From: a virus | Length of the DNA: 64,000 nucleotides | Reading direction: 5' to 3' (one strand) | Virus record (IMG/VR): IMGVR_UViG_3300047557_002769 | Span: 32,001 to 96,000 of that record | Shown: in pieces, positions 1-9,851 of the stretch | How the letters are laid out: each line of letters starts with the position of its first letter | Numbering within the stretch: the stretch's first letter is position 1 | Notes under the pieces: model-generated | What the model was told of the DNA's origin: nothing | Databases searched by the model: none | What the model saw: the letters and a program-made list of their open reading frames with translations, nothing else | Program-made: the position numbers and the translations under genes

Positions 1-266
1 CTAGCTGATCTCGGTGTATAGCCTAGATGCTTAGATAAGGAAACTGCTGATGATCTCTTAACAGCGGAATCCAAAAACATCTCATTAACAAGCATGTTAG
101 CGAGATATGCGTTATAGTGAGTATTGTAAGCAAGTAAGTCAATAAGAACAGATAGACCTGATCCTTCAAAATCATAGTCAGAAAATTCACTCTGATTGTT
201 GAGAAATGCTTTTAAGTTTGCCTTGATTTCATCGAAATCAAGTTCTGCTATTCTTAGATTAGCCAT
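1..266 (-). CDS. gp6: Baseplate wedge subunit gp6 (N-terminal part, runs off window)
   Basis: Manual translation MANLRIAELDFDEIKANLKAFLNNQSEFSDYDFEGSGLSVLIDLLAYNTHYNAYLAN is a typical gp6 N-terminus; follows gp25. Confidence 0.9.
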   Translation of the reverse strand, partial: MANLRIAELDFDEIKANLKAFLNNQSEFSDYDFEGSGLSVLIDLLAYNTHYNAYLANMLVNEMFLDSAVKRSSAVSLSKHLGYTPRSA

Positions 267-273
267 CTTATTC

Positions 274-666
274 TTATCTTATTCTGCTTAAAGCAGTTGT
301 TACAGTAATTGGTTTTTCGGAGTTAACAATTCTAAAATATACATCAACTGCAATACTGTTTTGATCTGGGGTTTCTCTAATTACTACATCATCGACAACA
401 ACTCTTGGTTCGAATTTTTCAATTACCTGAAAAATCGTCTTTTTCATTATCTGCGTTGTTACTGGTGTAAAGTTCTCAAATAAAAGAGAGAAAATCTGAC
501 ATCCGATCTCAGGATGAAATGGTCTTTCGTAGTTTCTTGTCGAAATTAAATTACGAACTGATGCCTTGACAGCTTCTTCGTCAAACTTTTTTGTTAGATC
601 TGCTGTAGCAGGATTAATGCTAAACAGTAGATTAATATCTGAAAATTGTCTGGTTGTTCGTGCCAT
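274..666 (-). CDS. gp25: Baseplate wedge subunit gp25
   Basis: AVKASVRNLISTRNYERPFHPEIG and IEKFEPRV motifs; synteny. Confidence 0.92.
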   Translation of the reverse strand: MARTTRQFSDINLLFSINPATADLTKKFDEEAVKASVRNLISTRNYERPFHPEIGCQIFSLLFENFTPVTTQIMKKTIFQVIEKFEPRVVVDDVVIRETPDQNSIAVDVYFRIVNSEKPITVTTALSRIR

Positions 667-681
667 TTAATTATTTATCTG

Positions 682-2889
682 TTAGAGAGGTAGCAGGTAC
701 GCGATAGAGTTACTATATTTCTGATGATTCCAGAACGTCATCGCTTGACCTCTGTTACCGCTTGACTTAAGAGTTATGTGAATCCATGGCGTATTACTGT
801 AGCTGGTATAATGTAGTATAAAAGTATCGTAAGCTACAATGTCTGCTATAATTTTAGCAATGTAGTATACTTCATCAGGACATTTACCTTTAAACTGAAT
901 ATCAATAGCCTGACCAGTGTAGTGTAGAGAATTAGGTGTGCAGTTCTCTCTCTTTCTATATCCGCTTGCAACTTGACATGTTGGAAACGAGTTATAGATA
1001 GGTTCTAATACATTGATCGCAAGTAAATGAAGATTATATACGATAGTACCAAATGAATATTCTGTTGTTGGTGTAATCTCTTCTTTTGTTATGGTAGCTT
1101 TAGTTGATAACTTTTCAATGTTAAAATTAGGGGAAAGATAAAAGTTTTCCGGAAGTGCTGTTGCGCTAAGTAAGCTTGTCTTACCAGTTGATATAGATGT
1201 TTTACCCGAAACACTTGTGCTTTCTACTAATCTAGGAGCGCGCTCAAAATTAGCTAAACTAGAGAGACCGGATTTAGTAATTGTATCTTTATGGTCGCTA
1301 TAGGTTTGAGATGATTCATCCGGCTCACAAAGCTTCATTGCATAGTTGTCTGCAATGTTCAAGAAGTTTGGATCACAAATAGGATCTACAACTACATCCT
1401 TTCTGCCTGACATTACCCCTATGTTAGATGGACTAGCTTGCTGCAGCTCCTGATTAGGTTGAGAAAGACCGGAGTTAAAGTGAATCTCTCCACTATCCCC
1501 AGTTATTAAATCACCACTTAGTAAATGAATGGTTTTTTCTGACTGAATATAGTTATCAACTGTATATGTGTTGATTCTTGTGTTACTTTTTATATCTGTA
1601 TATTCAGAACTATGGAGGTTTAGATTCACACCTGTTTTTACATTACCGCTATAATATGCTTCTATGTTGACGTTACCACTGGTAATGTTTACCTCTTCTA
1701 CCGCAGATAAGTTCATTTTACCACCAGCCATGGCAGTAATATCATTATGACATGTAATGTTAGTATTACCTTCTACTTCAATATTAGCATCTTGACCCAC
1801 AAAAATATTACATGCACCATTTACTGAGATCTCTGCATTACCTGTAATAGCTATTTTACCGTTCTTGTCAATAATCTCATAAGATGACCCTTTAGTTCTC
1901 TTAACCACTGAACCGTTGGCATCTATCTCTATGAAAGTACCTGAACGATGCCATACGTGCAGTCTTTCGGAACCAGAAGTATCATCTATTTCAATTACAT
2001 GGCCAGATTCTGTTTGCGTTACTTTATTATACGGGTATTCTGCTCTGTAAGGAGAAAGAGGCTGGTCCCAGGCTTCTCCTCCAGGTAGCTTGGCACCTAC
2101 CATTCTATCCCGATTCTTCTCCATTACGATAGTACCGGCTACATCACCGGTGGCTAATTTATTCGTCTCTGTTCGGCCTTCGTATTCTTCCGATGGATAT
2201 TTTGCAACCGGGTCAATAAAGCCTTCTGTATTAGTAATAAGCTTTGCTTTATTATCTTCGTTATTGACGTCGAATGATGTTGCTTCTCTAAGATACTTGT
2301 CTGATGTTGTAGATGCAAAAGCTTCGTCGGTTTTTTCTAAAGATTCTTCTGAACTAAAGCCTGTAATTAGATTATTAAAATTATCACTTACCCCGGGTAT
2401 CTTTGCAGTAGAAGGAAACAGGCCAGAAGAAAAATTATTTAAGGCTGTACTAGCAATATTATTAAGGGTGCTGCTTAAACCAGTACTTAGCGAAGCTTCT
2501 AGATTGTTAAAGTTTAATAAGGCTGCAGCTGAAGGGGGAAGAGCTGTTCTAATAGTATTACCGATGCTATTAACAAGATTATTACTAACCTGGGGTACAG
2601 TACCTCCAACCACACTATTGGTAAGTAAGTTGCTAATATCTCGACTGTTAAGATTACTGCCAACAATATCAACAGGATTGACCGGCCCAATGGCGCTAGA
2701 GGGAATATTATTAACTTGGGAATTAGCATCAGTTACTACTTTATTGATAGTAGTAGCCGCTGTATTGTTAATAATAGGAGCTAAGAGATTATTAAACGCC
2801 CCAGGTGGTAAATTAATATTGTTATTTTTAAGCTGAGTATTTACCGCGTCCAGAAGTGCTTGCTGCGCTGCTTGTGTATTAGAATTCAT
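682..2889 (-). CDS. gp5-like spike C-terminal part (beta-helix) fused to a C-terminal M15-type Zn peptidase
   Basis: YPYNKVTQTESGHVIEIDDT..ERLHVWHRSGTFIEI gp5 motif and VxGNxxI repeats; C-terminal SGYR..SLHYTGQAIDI..WIHI M15 motif; Asn-rich low-complexity N-terminus. Confidence 0.75.
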   Translation of the reverse strand: MNSNTQAAQQALLDAVNTQLKNNNINLPPGAFNNLLAPIINNTAATTINKVVTDANSQVNNIPSSAIGPVNPVDIVGSNLNSRDISNLLTNSVVGGTVPQVSNNLVNSIGNTIRTALPPSAAALLNFNNLEASLSTGLSSTLNNIASTALNNFSSGLFPSTAKIPGVSDNFNNLITGFSSEESLEKTDEAFASTTSDKYLREATSFDVNNEDNKAKLITNTEGFIDPVAKYPSEEYEGRTETNKLATGDVAGTIVMEKNRDRMVGAKLPGGEAWDQPLSPYRAEYPYNKVTQTESGHVIEIDDTSGSERLHVWHRSGTFIEIDANGSVVKRTKGSSYEIIDKNGKIAITGNAEISVNGACNIFVGQDANIEVEGNTNITCHNDITAMAGGKMNLSAVEEVNITSGNVNIEAYYSGNVKTGVNLNLHSSEYTDIKSNTRINTYTVDNYIQSEKTIHLLSGDLITGDSGEIHFNSGLSQPNQELQQASPSNIGVMSGRKDVVVDPICDPNFLNIADNYAMKLCEPDESSQTYSDHKDTITKSGLSSLANFERAPRLVESTSVSGKTSISTGKTSLLSATALPENFYLSPNFNIEKLSTKATITKEEITPTTEYSFGTIVYNLHLLAINVLEPIYNSFPTCQVASGYRKRENCTPNSLHYTGQAIDIQFKGKCPDEVYYIAKIIADIVAYDTFILHYTSYSNTPWIHITLKSSGNRGQAMTFWNHQKYSNSIAYLLPL

Positions 2890-2890
2890 G

Positions 2891-4003
2891 TTATGCTCTA
2901 GCTAATTGTAATAAATCGTTTTTCTCAGATTCAAATCTACTCCTCACACCAGCTCTAATTCCTTCTGAACTTGATTTAAAAAATGTATTCACATTGTCAA
3001 TTTTATACTGACTTACCAGTAAGATAATATCTTTATCAGTTAACTCACTCTTACCTAATAGAGGTGTAGTAAATATCGATGTTCTAGCAGGGCCAAACTG
3101 CACGGCAGTCGACCAGATCAAATCTTGCACACCCGGGCCGTATTTAGATAGATCTAAACCAGCACGCTGTAGGTTAGCGATCATTACATCATAGTACTTT
3201 CTTTGTACATAATCATGCTGATCCTTCTTGAATTCAGCTGAATTAGAAGAAGCAATACTTCTCCATTTAGAGTCGAACTCTGAGGTAGCTGGTACAAGAC
3301 CGTCAAACTGATCTCTAAACTTAGAATTAGCAATATATTGCTGTACAGGTGAATTATTGCTGTTAGGTCTTGCCTTATCACCCTTCATAAACTTAGGTAA
3401 GAATGAAGCGAATTGATAAGAACCGTATGAAGCGCCGCCTAAATCACCAGCAGCAGCTCCGTTGTAATCGTTAATAGTACCTGGGCCTTTACCACCTGTC
3501 TCATATTTTTCTGACGTCTTACCCAGCTCCCAACCCGGTACAGGTGGTATACCGGTTTGAATTGGCTGACCTTGACTATCTGTTACCGGTGCACCTTGGC
3601 TGTCTCTCAGAACACTGGTAGCAGCAGGATTCTCAACAATTGGTTTTTCAGGTGGGGTAGTAAACACGGGGGCTTTTTCCCCTGTTGTTGTCTCACCAAT
3701 TTTCGTTGAAATGCAACCGAAGTATGTTGGCTGCTGCATATCTGCGCCATCGAGAAAGAAACCAACAACCCATGTACCTTCGATAGGCCCTAATGGAGAG
3801 GAACCCACACCTGATAGAGCTGCCGAGGTTGATGGATGAATAGGAATAGCCCAAGGTAGATCTTTTGTTGGTAAGAGTACCTTGCTCTCTGAGTGATAGC
3901 CAAAGATACGAACCTTACAACGACCCATCTTTTCAGGGTCGCGACGATCTTCTACTACACCTATCCACCAGATAAAACCGTCTTTGTTAAATATTCTCTG
4001 CAT
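2891..4003 (-). CDS. gp5: gp5-like baseplate hub N-terminal OB-fold plus lysozyme-like domain
   Basis: WWIGVVEDRRDPEKMGRCKVRIFGYH..LPWA..WVVGFFLDG is the gp5 OB-fold; C-terminal SEKYETGG..GGASYGSYQF resembles the VgrG3-type muramidase domain. Confidence 0.8.
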   Translation of the reverse strand: MQRIFNKDGFIWWIGVVEDRRDPEKMGRCKVRIFGYHSESKVLLPTKDLPWAIPIHPSTSAALSGVGSSPLGPIEGTWVVGFFLDGADMQQPTYFGCISTKIGETTTGEKAPVFTTPPEKPIVENPAATSVLRDSQGAPVTDSQGQPIQTGIPPVPGWELGKTSEKYETGGKGPGTINDYNGAAAGDLGGASYGSYQFASFLPKFMKGDKARPNSNNSPVQQYIANSKFRDQFDGLVPATSEFDSKWRSIASSNSAEFKKDQHDYVQRKYYDVMIANLQRAGLDLSKYGPGVQDLIWSTAVQFGPARTSIFTTPLLGKSELTDKDIILLVSQYKIDNVNTFFKSSSEGIRAGVRSRFESEKNDLLQLARA

Positions 4004-4004
4004 A

Positions 4005-5357
4005 TTATTCTTCCAACGTCAATGAATCTTTAACCAGTTCCATAACCATGGTATGTTCATTCTTATTAATTTTATGTCTTATAGCTGTAATTAAATAGTA
4101 ACCTGAATAGAGCAGGTCTTCTTTTCTCTGTGTCTTGTCTTTTTCGCTGGCAGCACCGAGTGTGGGGTATGTAAAGTATAGAATACGACCGACCTGAACA
4201 TCAGTACGACCTGGTACTGTAATAACCATTCGTAGGTTGGTAAGATCTAATAGACTGGATTTTCTATTTCCGTAAATGTCTTTTATTCTCTCGTTGACAT
4301 TATTTTTAAAATTGTCGAAAAGCTTTTCATTAACAGGATAGAAGGAAATATCAGTAGCTGCATTTCTCAGTGTATCTTTTGTAAAGATAGGTATTGATCT
4401 TTTACCTTCACCGGACGAGTGAAATTGTTTCTCGTATTCATTTACATAGTCATAATCTACAACTTCATATACCTTATTATACACATCTAGTGTAATGAGT
4501 CTATTTGCAAGATAGCCGTTAGTGTAATTCTTTACATGATCAGTTGTGTCGATCATCTCTATATCTTTAGCAATAAAGTACTCACGTGAGATATTCGGTG
4601 TGTTCGCACCATCTCTAATATTAGAAGCTGCGATAGAATATGTACCTATTGAAAGATCGTTCTCTTTAGATTCTTTAAAGATATAGTCTACGGAACCGAA
4701 ATAGAAAGCTTTTGTTGATTCAAAGAAAAGATAGTTTTTAGCAGTACCTTCTTTTGGTATAGCTTTTGATGCCAACCATGAAATACACTTAAATGGCGAC
4801 CAGCCCGGAGATACAAATTTGACTTTATTCTCAGTAGGATTTAAAACAACCAGCGGTGTGACTTGTTCTATTTCTTTTACTTTTGTAGCTGCCTGGTCGA
4901 TTTGGAAAGTACGGTTGGTGTTAATAAAATCTTCGTAAATTCGGCCTGCTACTTCGTGAACTGTGCCTTCGAAAGGAAGGAATAAAGGTAACAAAATATC
5001 ATAGAATAACTCGATAGATGCAAAATGCATCACGAACGTCTGAGTATTATTATCTCTTATAATATTTCTATCTGAGATTTTAAAAATACGGAAAGTTTTT
5101 TGAATCTTAGAATCGAAAGAAGGAGTTTTTATTCGTAGTATTAAGAGTTCTTCACCGACAATTTTTGCCTTTTCAATTAAGTTTAAACTATCAGATACAA
5201 CAATATTACCTTGAAGAAATGTAGAGAACATATCTTCAAAAATGTTTACTTCGACTAAGAACTCTGTTAAGTCGAAGACAATATTATCTGTGCTAATTAA
5301 TTTAAGCTCTTCAATGACAACGTCACCAGCGCGCTGTATACCTTCTTTACTGGGCAT
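4005..5357 (-). CDS. Baseplate hub protein (gp27-like)
   Basis: Position between gp53 and gp5; C-terminal ITVPGRT..YSGYYLITAIRH hub motif. Confidence 0.65.
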   Translation of the reverse strand: MPSKEGIQRAGDVVIEELKLISTDNIVFDLTEFLVEVNIFEDMFSTFLQGNIVVSDSLNLIEKAKIVGEELLILRIKTPSFDSKIQKTFRIFKISDRNIIRDNNTQTFVMHFASIELFYDILLPLFLPFEGTVHEVAGRIYEDFINTNRTFQIDQAATKVKEIEQVTPLVVLNPTENKVKFVSPGWSPFKCISWLASKAIPKEGTAKNYLFFESTKAFYFGSVDYIFKESKENDLSIGTYSIAASNIRDGANTPNISREYFIAKDIEMIDTTDHVKNYTNGYLANRLITLDVYNKVYEVVDYDYVNEYEKQFHSSGEGKRSIPIFTKDTLRNAATDISFYPVNEKLFDNFKNNVNERIKDIYGNRKSSLLDLTNLRMVITVPGRTDVQVGRILYFTYPTLGAASEKDKTQRKEDLLYSGYYLITAIRHKINKNEHTMVMELVKDSLTLEE

Positions 5358-6060
5358 TTACTTGCTCTAAAATATTTTTTAATTCGGTAATCACTGCTTG
5401 CACGTACTGTGGTTTAAGTACTTTAATTCTTCTTCTCGATTCATTTTGTTCATCTTCGTAAACCATATTTGTAACTGCAGTAATACCTGGGATGGTTTGG
5501 CTTTGAATAATATTAGCTGTAATGGATGAATTACTTAATAACCGTACTTGATCACCAGTTCCAAATCCGCCAGCTGTTACAACAACATTAACATTAGAAG
5601 AGCTTATCTTGGTCGTTATGTATCCTGTACCAGTATTAGTATTATTCACGATTACATCACCGGCGTTAAAATTAGTAAAGCCAGATGTCGAGTTTAAGTA
5701 CACATTACCATTAACTTCGTTAAGTGTTGTATCGTTTATGTAGTGATGTATTGCATCACGATCAGCATACTTACCGTCAGTATAAAGAGTAAGATCGTTA
5801 GTCGATAAGACCCAATCAAAACGGGGATCGAGTATTTCGTTTAAGTGCAAAATAATCCAATGAAGTTCGGGATTATTATAAAATTTATCGGCCACTATCT
5901 CAGGTGTATCACCATCTCTTACATCATACTCATCGTAAATAGATAAATTGTTTTTAATTTCCTGATCGATAACAATTCTTACTAGAATGTTCTTAACTAG
6001 CTGAGTCGTTTCTCTATCATCTAATGAATAGAGAGTATAAGGAAAGTTGGTGAAGTACAT
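5347..6060 (-). CDS. gp53: Baseplate wedge subunit gp53
   Basis: MYFTNFP start, YDVRDGDTPEIVADKFY LysM-like segment, NESRRRIKVLKP end. Confidence 0.9.
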   Translation of the reverse strand: MYFTNFPYTLYSLDDRETTQLVKNILVRIVIDQEIKNNLSIYDEYDVRDGDTPEIVADKFYNNPELHWIILHLNEILDPRFDWVLSTNDLTLYTDGKYADRDAIHHYINDTTLNEVNGNVYLNSTSGFTNFNAGDVIVNNTNTGTGYITTKISSSNVNVVVTAGGFGTGDQVRLLSNSSITANIIQSQTIPGITAVTNMVYEDEQNESRRRIKVLKPQYVQAVITELKNILEQVNAQ

Positions 6061-7175
6061 TAGTAACCTTCCTTAATCATTTTCTTGGTAAGGATCTCGG
6101 TCTCTCTAAATGTTAGAGATAAATTAATTTCGGTTGGCTCTCCACCTCTAAACGAAGAAAACTGCTCACCACCATACGATACATCCATGCTTTCAAGCAC
6201 ACAGGAAGCCATCTTATGAAAATAAGTATTTTTCTCAGTACCATAATAATAGGTAATTTGAAATTCTGACGGATAGATAAAGAACAGCTTACCTTCAGAA
6301 ATTTCCGGGTGCATGTGAAACTTAAATAACTCGATTATACTCTTTACCTGTCTAACTTCTTCAGGGCTTTTAGGTAGAAATTTATACTTAAAAGCAAAAG
6401 CTCTAAAATCTACTGATTCAAATAATACTTCTTTAAACGGGTTGAGTGCTACTTTTGCGCTTGCGCCGACCAGGGCAGCTGCATCAACAGAACCAAAAGC
6501 TGATGGAATTTTAGCTAGCGCAAGGCCAGTTGCAGTCGCTGCTTCACCTGTAGTCTTTCCCGTGACAATACCTGCGGCGTTTGCTAGAATACCTGCAAAA
6601 GTACCCAGTTCTTTATTGGCATAATTCATACCGTATTTAACGGTAGGCGGACCATCCATGTATAGCGCAATTACATCCGATATACGAAATAATGTATCTG
6701 GTTTGAGTAAGGTGCTTGCATTTACTACAGTAGCTGCTGCAGCTGCACCTGCTGCCGCTCCGATGACGTTCACTGTTGTGCTTTGTTGTCTGTTGCCTGT
6801 GGAAGTAGGCGCACCACCAGTTCTACCAAATAGACCTTGAATTTTCTTTGTAATACCGTATCCGATTGCAGCCCCAGCCAGCCCTGCACCGGTAGTTACT
6901 GCTGTTTGTAGTTCTTTTTCTGTTAAGCTGGCATCTGACTGTCTTTTTACCTCAAACAGTCTTGCATCTTTGTTAAACTCAGACTTACCTCTCACATTGA
7001 TTTGAAACTCAACATAATGCTTAAGGTCTGAGCCGCCAAGGTCGGACGGGTAAACCAAAGTATTAATGTTGAACTTATTGTCTGCTGGACTAGATGACTG
7101 CTTGGCGCTATCGTTTCTAATAGCATCTTTGTATAGCGCAGTTAATCTATCTCTTGCGTCTTCTTGAATAGGCAT
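6060..7175 (-). CDS. gp48: Baseplate tail tube cap gp48
   Basis: NPFKEVLFESVDFRAFAFKYKFLPKS..LSLTFRETEILTK. Confidence 0.85.
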   Translation of the reverse strand: MPIQEDARDRLTALYKDAIRNDSAKQSSSPADNKFNINTLVYPSDLGGSDLKHYVEFQINVRGKSEFNKDARLFEVKRQSDASLTEKELQTAVTTGAGLAGAAIGYGITKKIQGLFGRTGGAPTSTGNRQQSTTVNVIGAAAGAAAAATVVNASTLLKPDTLFRISDVIALYMDGPPTVKYGMNYANKELGTFAGILANAAGIVTGKTTGEAATATGLALAKIPSAFGSVDAAALVGASAKVALNPFKEVLFESVDFRAFAFKYKFLPKSPEEVRQVKSIIELFKFHMHPEISEGKLFFIYPSEFQITYYYGTEKNTYFHKMASCVLESMDVSYGGEQFSSFRGGEPTEINLSLTFRETEILTKKMIKEGY

Positions 7176-7203
7176 CTTCTTAATAAATAGATGAGAGATT
7201 ATT

Positions 7204-7211
7204 TATTTATA
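7204..7211 (-). promoter_or_regulatory. T4-type late promoter TATAAATA
   Basis: Exact consensus upstream of the gp48 operon in a divergent intergenic region. Confidence 0.75.
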
Positions 7212-7212
7212 C

Positions 7213-7659
7213 GTGATGTACAAAGGCTTCTACAAAGGTAAATACAAGGTACAATCCCCTTCAAAATATAAAGGCGACTTACAAAATATCGTCTATAGAT
7301 CCTCATGGGAGCTAAAATTTATGAAGTGGTGTGATACTAATCCTTCTGTTCTCGAATGGGGCTCAGAATCGGTGATTATTCCATATAAAAGCCCAGTCGA
7401 TAGTAGGGTGCATCGATATTTTGTCGATTTTTATGTTAAAGTAAAAGATAAAAATAATAAGATAACGAAGTACCTAATTGAAATCAAACCGGAAAAATTT
7501 ACTAAGCCCCCTGAAATACCGCAGCGAAAGACCAGAAGATTTATTGAGGAGGTATTTCAGTATGGTGTTAATCAAGCAAAATGGAAAGCCGCTAACGAGT
7601 TTTGCGAAGACCGAGGTATGAAGTTTCTCGTTCTAACAGAGTCAGATCTCGGTATTTAA
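7213..7659 (+). CDS. gp4: Head completion nuclease gp4
   Basis: YRSSWELKFMKWCD..HRYFVDF..IEIKP. Confidence 0.92.
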   Translation: MMYKGFYKGKYKVQSPSKYKGDLQNIVYRSSWELKFMKWCDTNPSVLEWGSESVIIPYKSPVDSRVHRYFVDFYVKVKDKNNKITKYLIEIKPEKFTKPPEIPQRKTRRFIEEVFQYGVNQAKWKAANEFCEDRGMKFLVLTESDLGI

Positions 7660-7675
7660 CCGGGATAAATAACTG

Positions 7676-8233
7676 ATGGCAACTAGTCCCTTCGAAAAGA
7701 TAAGAGCAAGCGCCGGAGATACTGAAAGATCAGTTAATTGGTATCAGCAGCAGATAAAAAAGATTTCCGGTCTTACTCCTAACAACCTAATAAGATCAGG
7801 TACGCTTGTAACCAAGGTAACCCCTGGGCATATGTACATGTTTTTTTATGACGCAAAACATAAAGATAAGCTACCTTATTGGGATATGTTTCCATTGGTA
7901 TTTCCGTTTAGAGCTGTAGAGGGTGGTTTTCTCGGTATTAACCTCCACTACATGCCTTATCTAATAAGAGCTAAGTTGCTGGGTAGATTGCATGAATATG
8001 TGAGTGACGATAGGATAGATGAGAATAGAAGGCTTCAAATCAGCTGGAATATGCTCAATAATTTTTCAACAGTAGCTCCTATTAAAAATTCGGTTAAGCA
8101 TTATCTTAACGAACATATTCAATCAAAGTTTGTTCACATACAGCATGAAGATTGGCTTATTGCTTCTCAACTACCCGTAGAACGGTTTGTTGGTGCAAAT
8201 AAGACAGATGTATGGAAGAACAGTCAAAGGTAA
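7676..8233 (+). CDS. gp2: DNA end protector protein gp2
   Basis: YDAKHKDKLPYWDMFPLVF..GINLHY. Confidence 0.9.
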   Translation: MATSPFEKIRASAGDTERSVNWYQQQIKKISGLTPNNLIRSGTLVTKVTPGHMYMFFYDAKHKDKLPYWDMFPLVFPFRAVEGGFLGINLHYMPYLIRAKLLGRLHEYVSDDRIDENRRLQISWNMLNNFSTVAPIKNSVKHYLNEHIQSKFVHIQHEDWLIASQLPVERFVGANKTDVWKNSQR

Positions 8234-8236
8234 CAA

Positions 8237-8947
8237 ATGTCAAGCTCACAGTTCAGTGTAGACAATTTTAGAACTGAGGTTTTAAGAACTTCTAGATTAG
8301 CCCGTACTAATAGATTTGAAGTGTTTATTAACACACAATTTCTAGCAGGCGGAGGAAGAGGTGTTACCGGTGATCAATCAAGTCTTGTAAGTTTGTATGT
8401 TGAACAGGCAAGCATACCGCTACTTAATATTGCTACTAAGGCATTTAAGATCTTCGGTCCAAGTTATCAACGCCCTATTACTTCGGAGTACGGTGGTGAA
8501 GGTATTTCACTAACATTTCATGTCGATGAGGATATGAAAGTTAGAAAGTTTTTTGAGAACTGGATGCATAGAATTATTGATCCAGAGACGTTTACAGTTG
8601 CTTATCAATCGGAGTATACTACTACGATTAACATAAGACAGCTTGACGATAAGAATAATGTAACGCATGAGATTCAACTGTTAGAGGCGTTTCCTAGAAA
8701 TATGAATATTATGGAATTAAATAATGCTTCTTCAAATCAAACTCATAGACTAAATGTTCTGTTCGCTTATAGGTATTGGAGAGATATTAATGCTACTTCT
8801 ACCCAACCTGAAGTAATACCTAGACAGTTTACTAGCCCACAAATACCTAGAAGCGATTTTTCAACAACACCTATTTTCAGACAGTTTAACCCATTAACAG
8901 GGGAATTAGGAGTAGATCAGGGTAGTGATCTGCCGCTTGGTCCTTAA
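8237..8947 (+). CDS. gp54: Tail tube initiator gp54 / gp19-like tube-fold protein
   Basis: LARTNRFEV..RKFFENWM..EAFP..FAYRYW tube-family motifs. Confidence 0.7.
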   Translation: MSSSQFSVDNFRTEVLRTSRLARTNRFEVFINTQFLAGGGRGVTGDQSSLVSLYVEQASIPLLNIATKAFKIFGPSYQRPITSEYGGEGISLTFHVDEDMKVRKFFENWMHRIIDPETFTVAYQSEYTTTINIRQLDDKNNVTHEIQLLEAFPRNMNIMELNNASSNQTHRLNVLFAYRYWRDINATSTQPEVIPRQFTSPQIPRSDFSTTPIFRQFNPLTGELGVDQGSDLPLGP

Positions 8948-8956
8948 GGAGATATT

Positions 8957-9652
8957 ATGGCTTTACCAAAACTAAATACACCAGTTTTTGAATTGAGTTT
9001 ACCTTCTACTAATCAAAAAATAAAGTATAGACCTTTTCTTGTTAAAGAGCATAAGACCTTGCTTGCAATGCAAAACGCAGATGATAATGAAGTTGCAAGA
9101 TTAGTAAGAGAGCTGGTCGATGTGTGTACGTACAATACTTTGGATATTGTTAAGCTACCTCACTTCGATGTAGAGTATATTTTTATGAATCTGCGTTCTA
9201 AGTCGATTGGAGAAAAGGTTGAGGTAATTGTTAACTGCCCATGTGGTAACAAAATTGACGCTTCATTTAATATTGACGAACTTAAAGTTGTAAAAAACTC
9301 AGAACATACTAACAAGATTATGCTGACAGATGATTTAGGCGTAGAGATGAGTTACCCTAATTTCGATACTGCATTAGGTATATTTAACTCCAACGATACC
9401 TCAAAAGCGGTTGATATGGTTGTTGATTGTGTGAAAGGTATCTTTAGTAAGGATGAATACTGGGATGCAAAGGAACAAACTAAAGATGAGCTTGAAGAAT
9501 TTGTTTTTAGTTTAACCAAACAGCAGTTTGAAAAGCTAGAGCAGTTCTTTGTTACGGCTCCTAAAGTTGTACAAGAAGTAAAAGCATACTGCGATCAATG
9601 CGGATTACATAACGAAACGAAGATAGAAGGATTAAGTAATTTTTTCGTATAA
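8957..9652 (+). CDS. gp26: Baseplate hub assembly protein gp26
   Basis: MALPKLNTP..YRPFLVKE..LRSKSIGE, two CxxC/CxC motifs, GLSNFF end. Confidence 0.88.
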   Translation: MALPKLNTPVFELSLPSTNQKIKYRPFLVKEHKTLLAMQNADDNEVARLVRELVDVCTYNTLDIVKLPHFDVEYIFMNLRSKSIGEKVEVIVNCPCGNKIDASFNIDELKVVKNSEHTNKIMLTDDLGVEMSYPNFDTALGIFNSNDTSKAVDMVVDCVKGIFSKDEYWDAKEQTKDELEEFVFSLTKQQFEKLEQFFVTAPKVVQEVKAYCDQCGLHNETKIEGLSNFFV

Positions 9653-9846
9653 CCCTTTCCCAGGATAGTTTATCTAATTATTTTATTTTAAATTTTAATT
9701 TAATGCAGCATCACAGTTATAGATTAACTGAATTAGAAGATATGATGCCTTGGGAGAGGGAGATTTACGTAGGGTTACTAGTTGATTATATCAAGCAAGA
9801 AAATGAAAAACTTAGAATGATTCAACAAAACAAAAAGTTTAGCTAG
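9640..9846 (+). CDS. gp51: gp51-like baseplate hub assembly protein, probably made as a -1 frameshift fusion to gp26 (in-frame ATG at 9703)
   Basis: Manual translation RITLSQDSLSNYFILNFNLMQHHSYRLTELEDMMPWEREIYVGLL; frame entered at T TTT TTC 9640-9646. Confidence 0.8.
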   Translation, partial: FFRITLSQDSLSNYFILNFNLMQHHSYRLTELEDMMPWEREIYVGLLVDYIKQENEKLRMIQQNKKFS

Positions 9847-9851
9847 CCATT

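Noticed and set aside
2090-2836. 248-aa + strand ORF
   Set aside because: Antisense shadow of the low-complexity Asn-rich region of the gp5-like gene; no RBS or motifs
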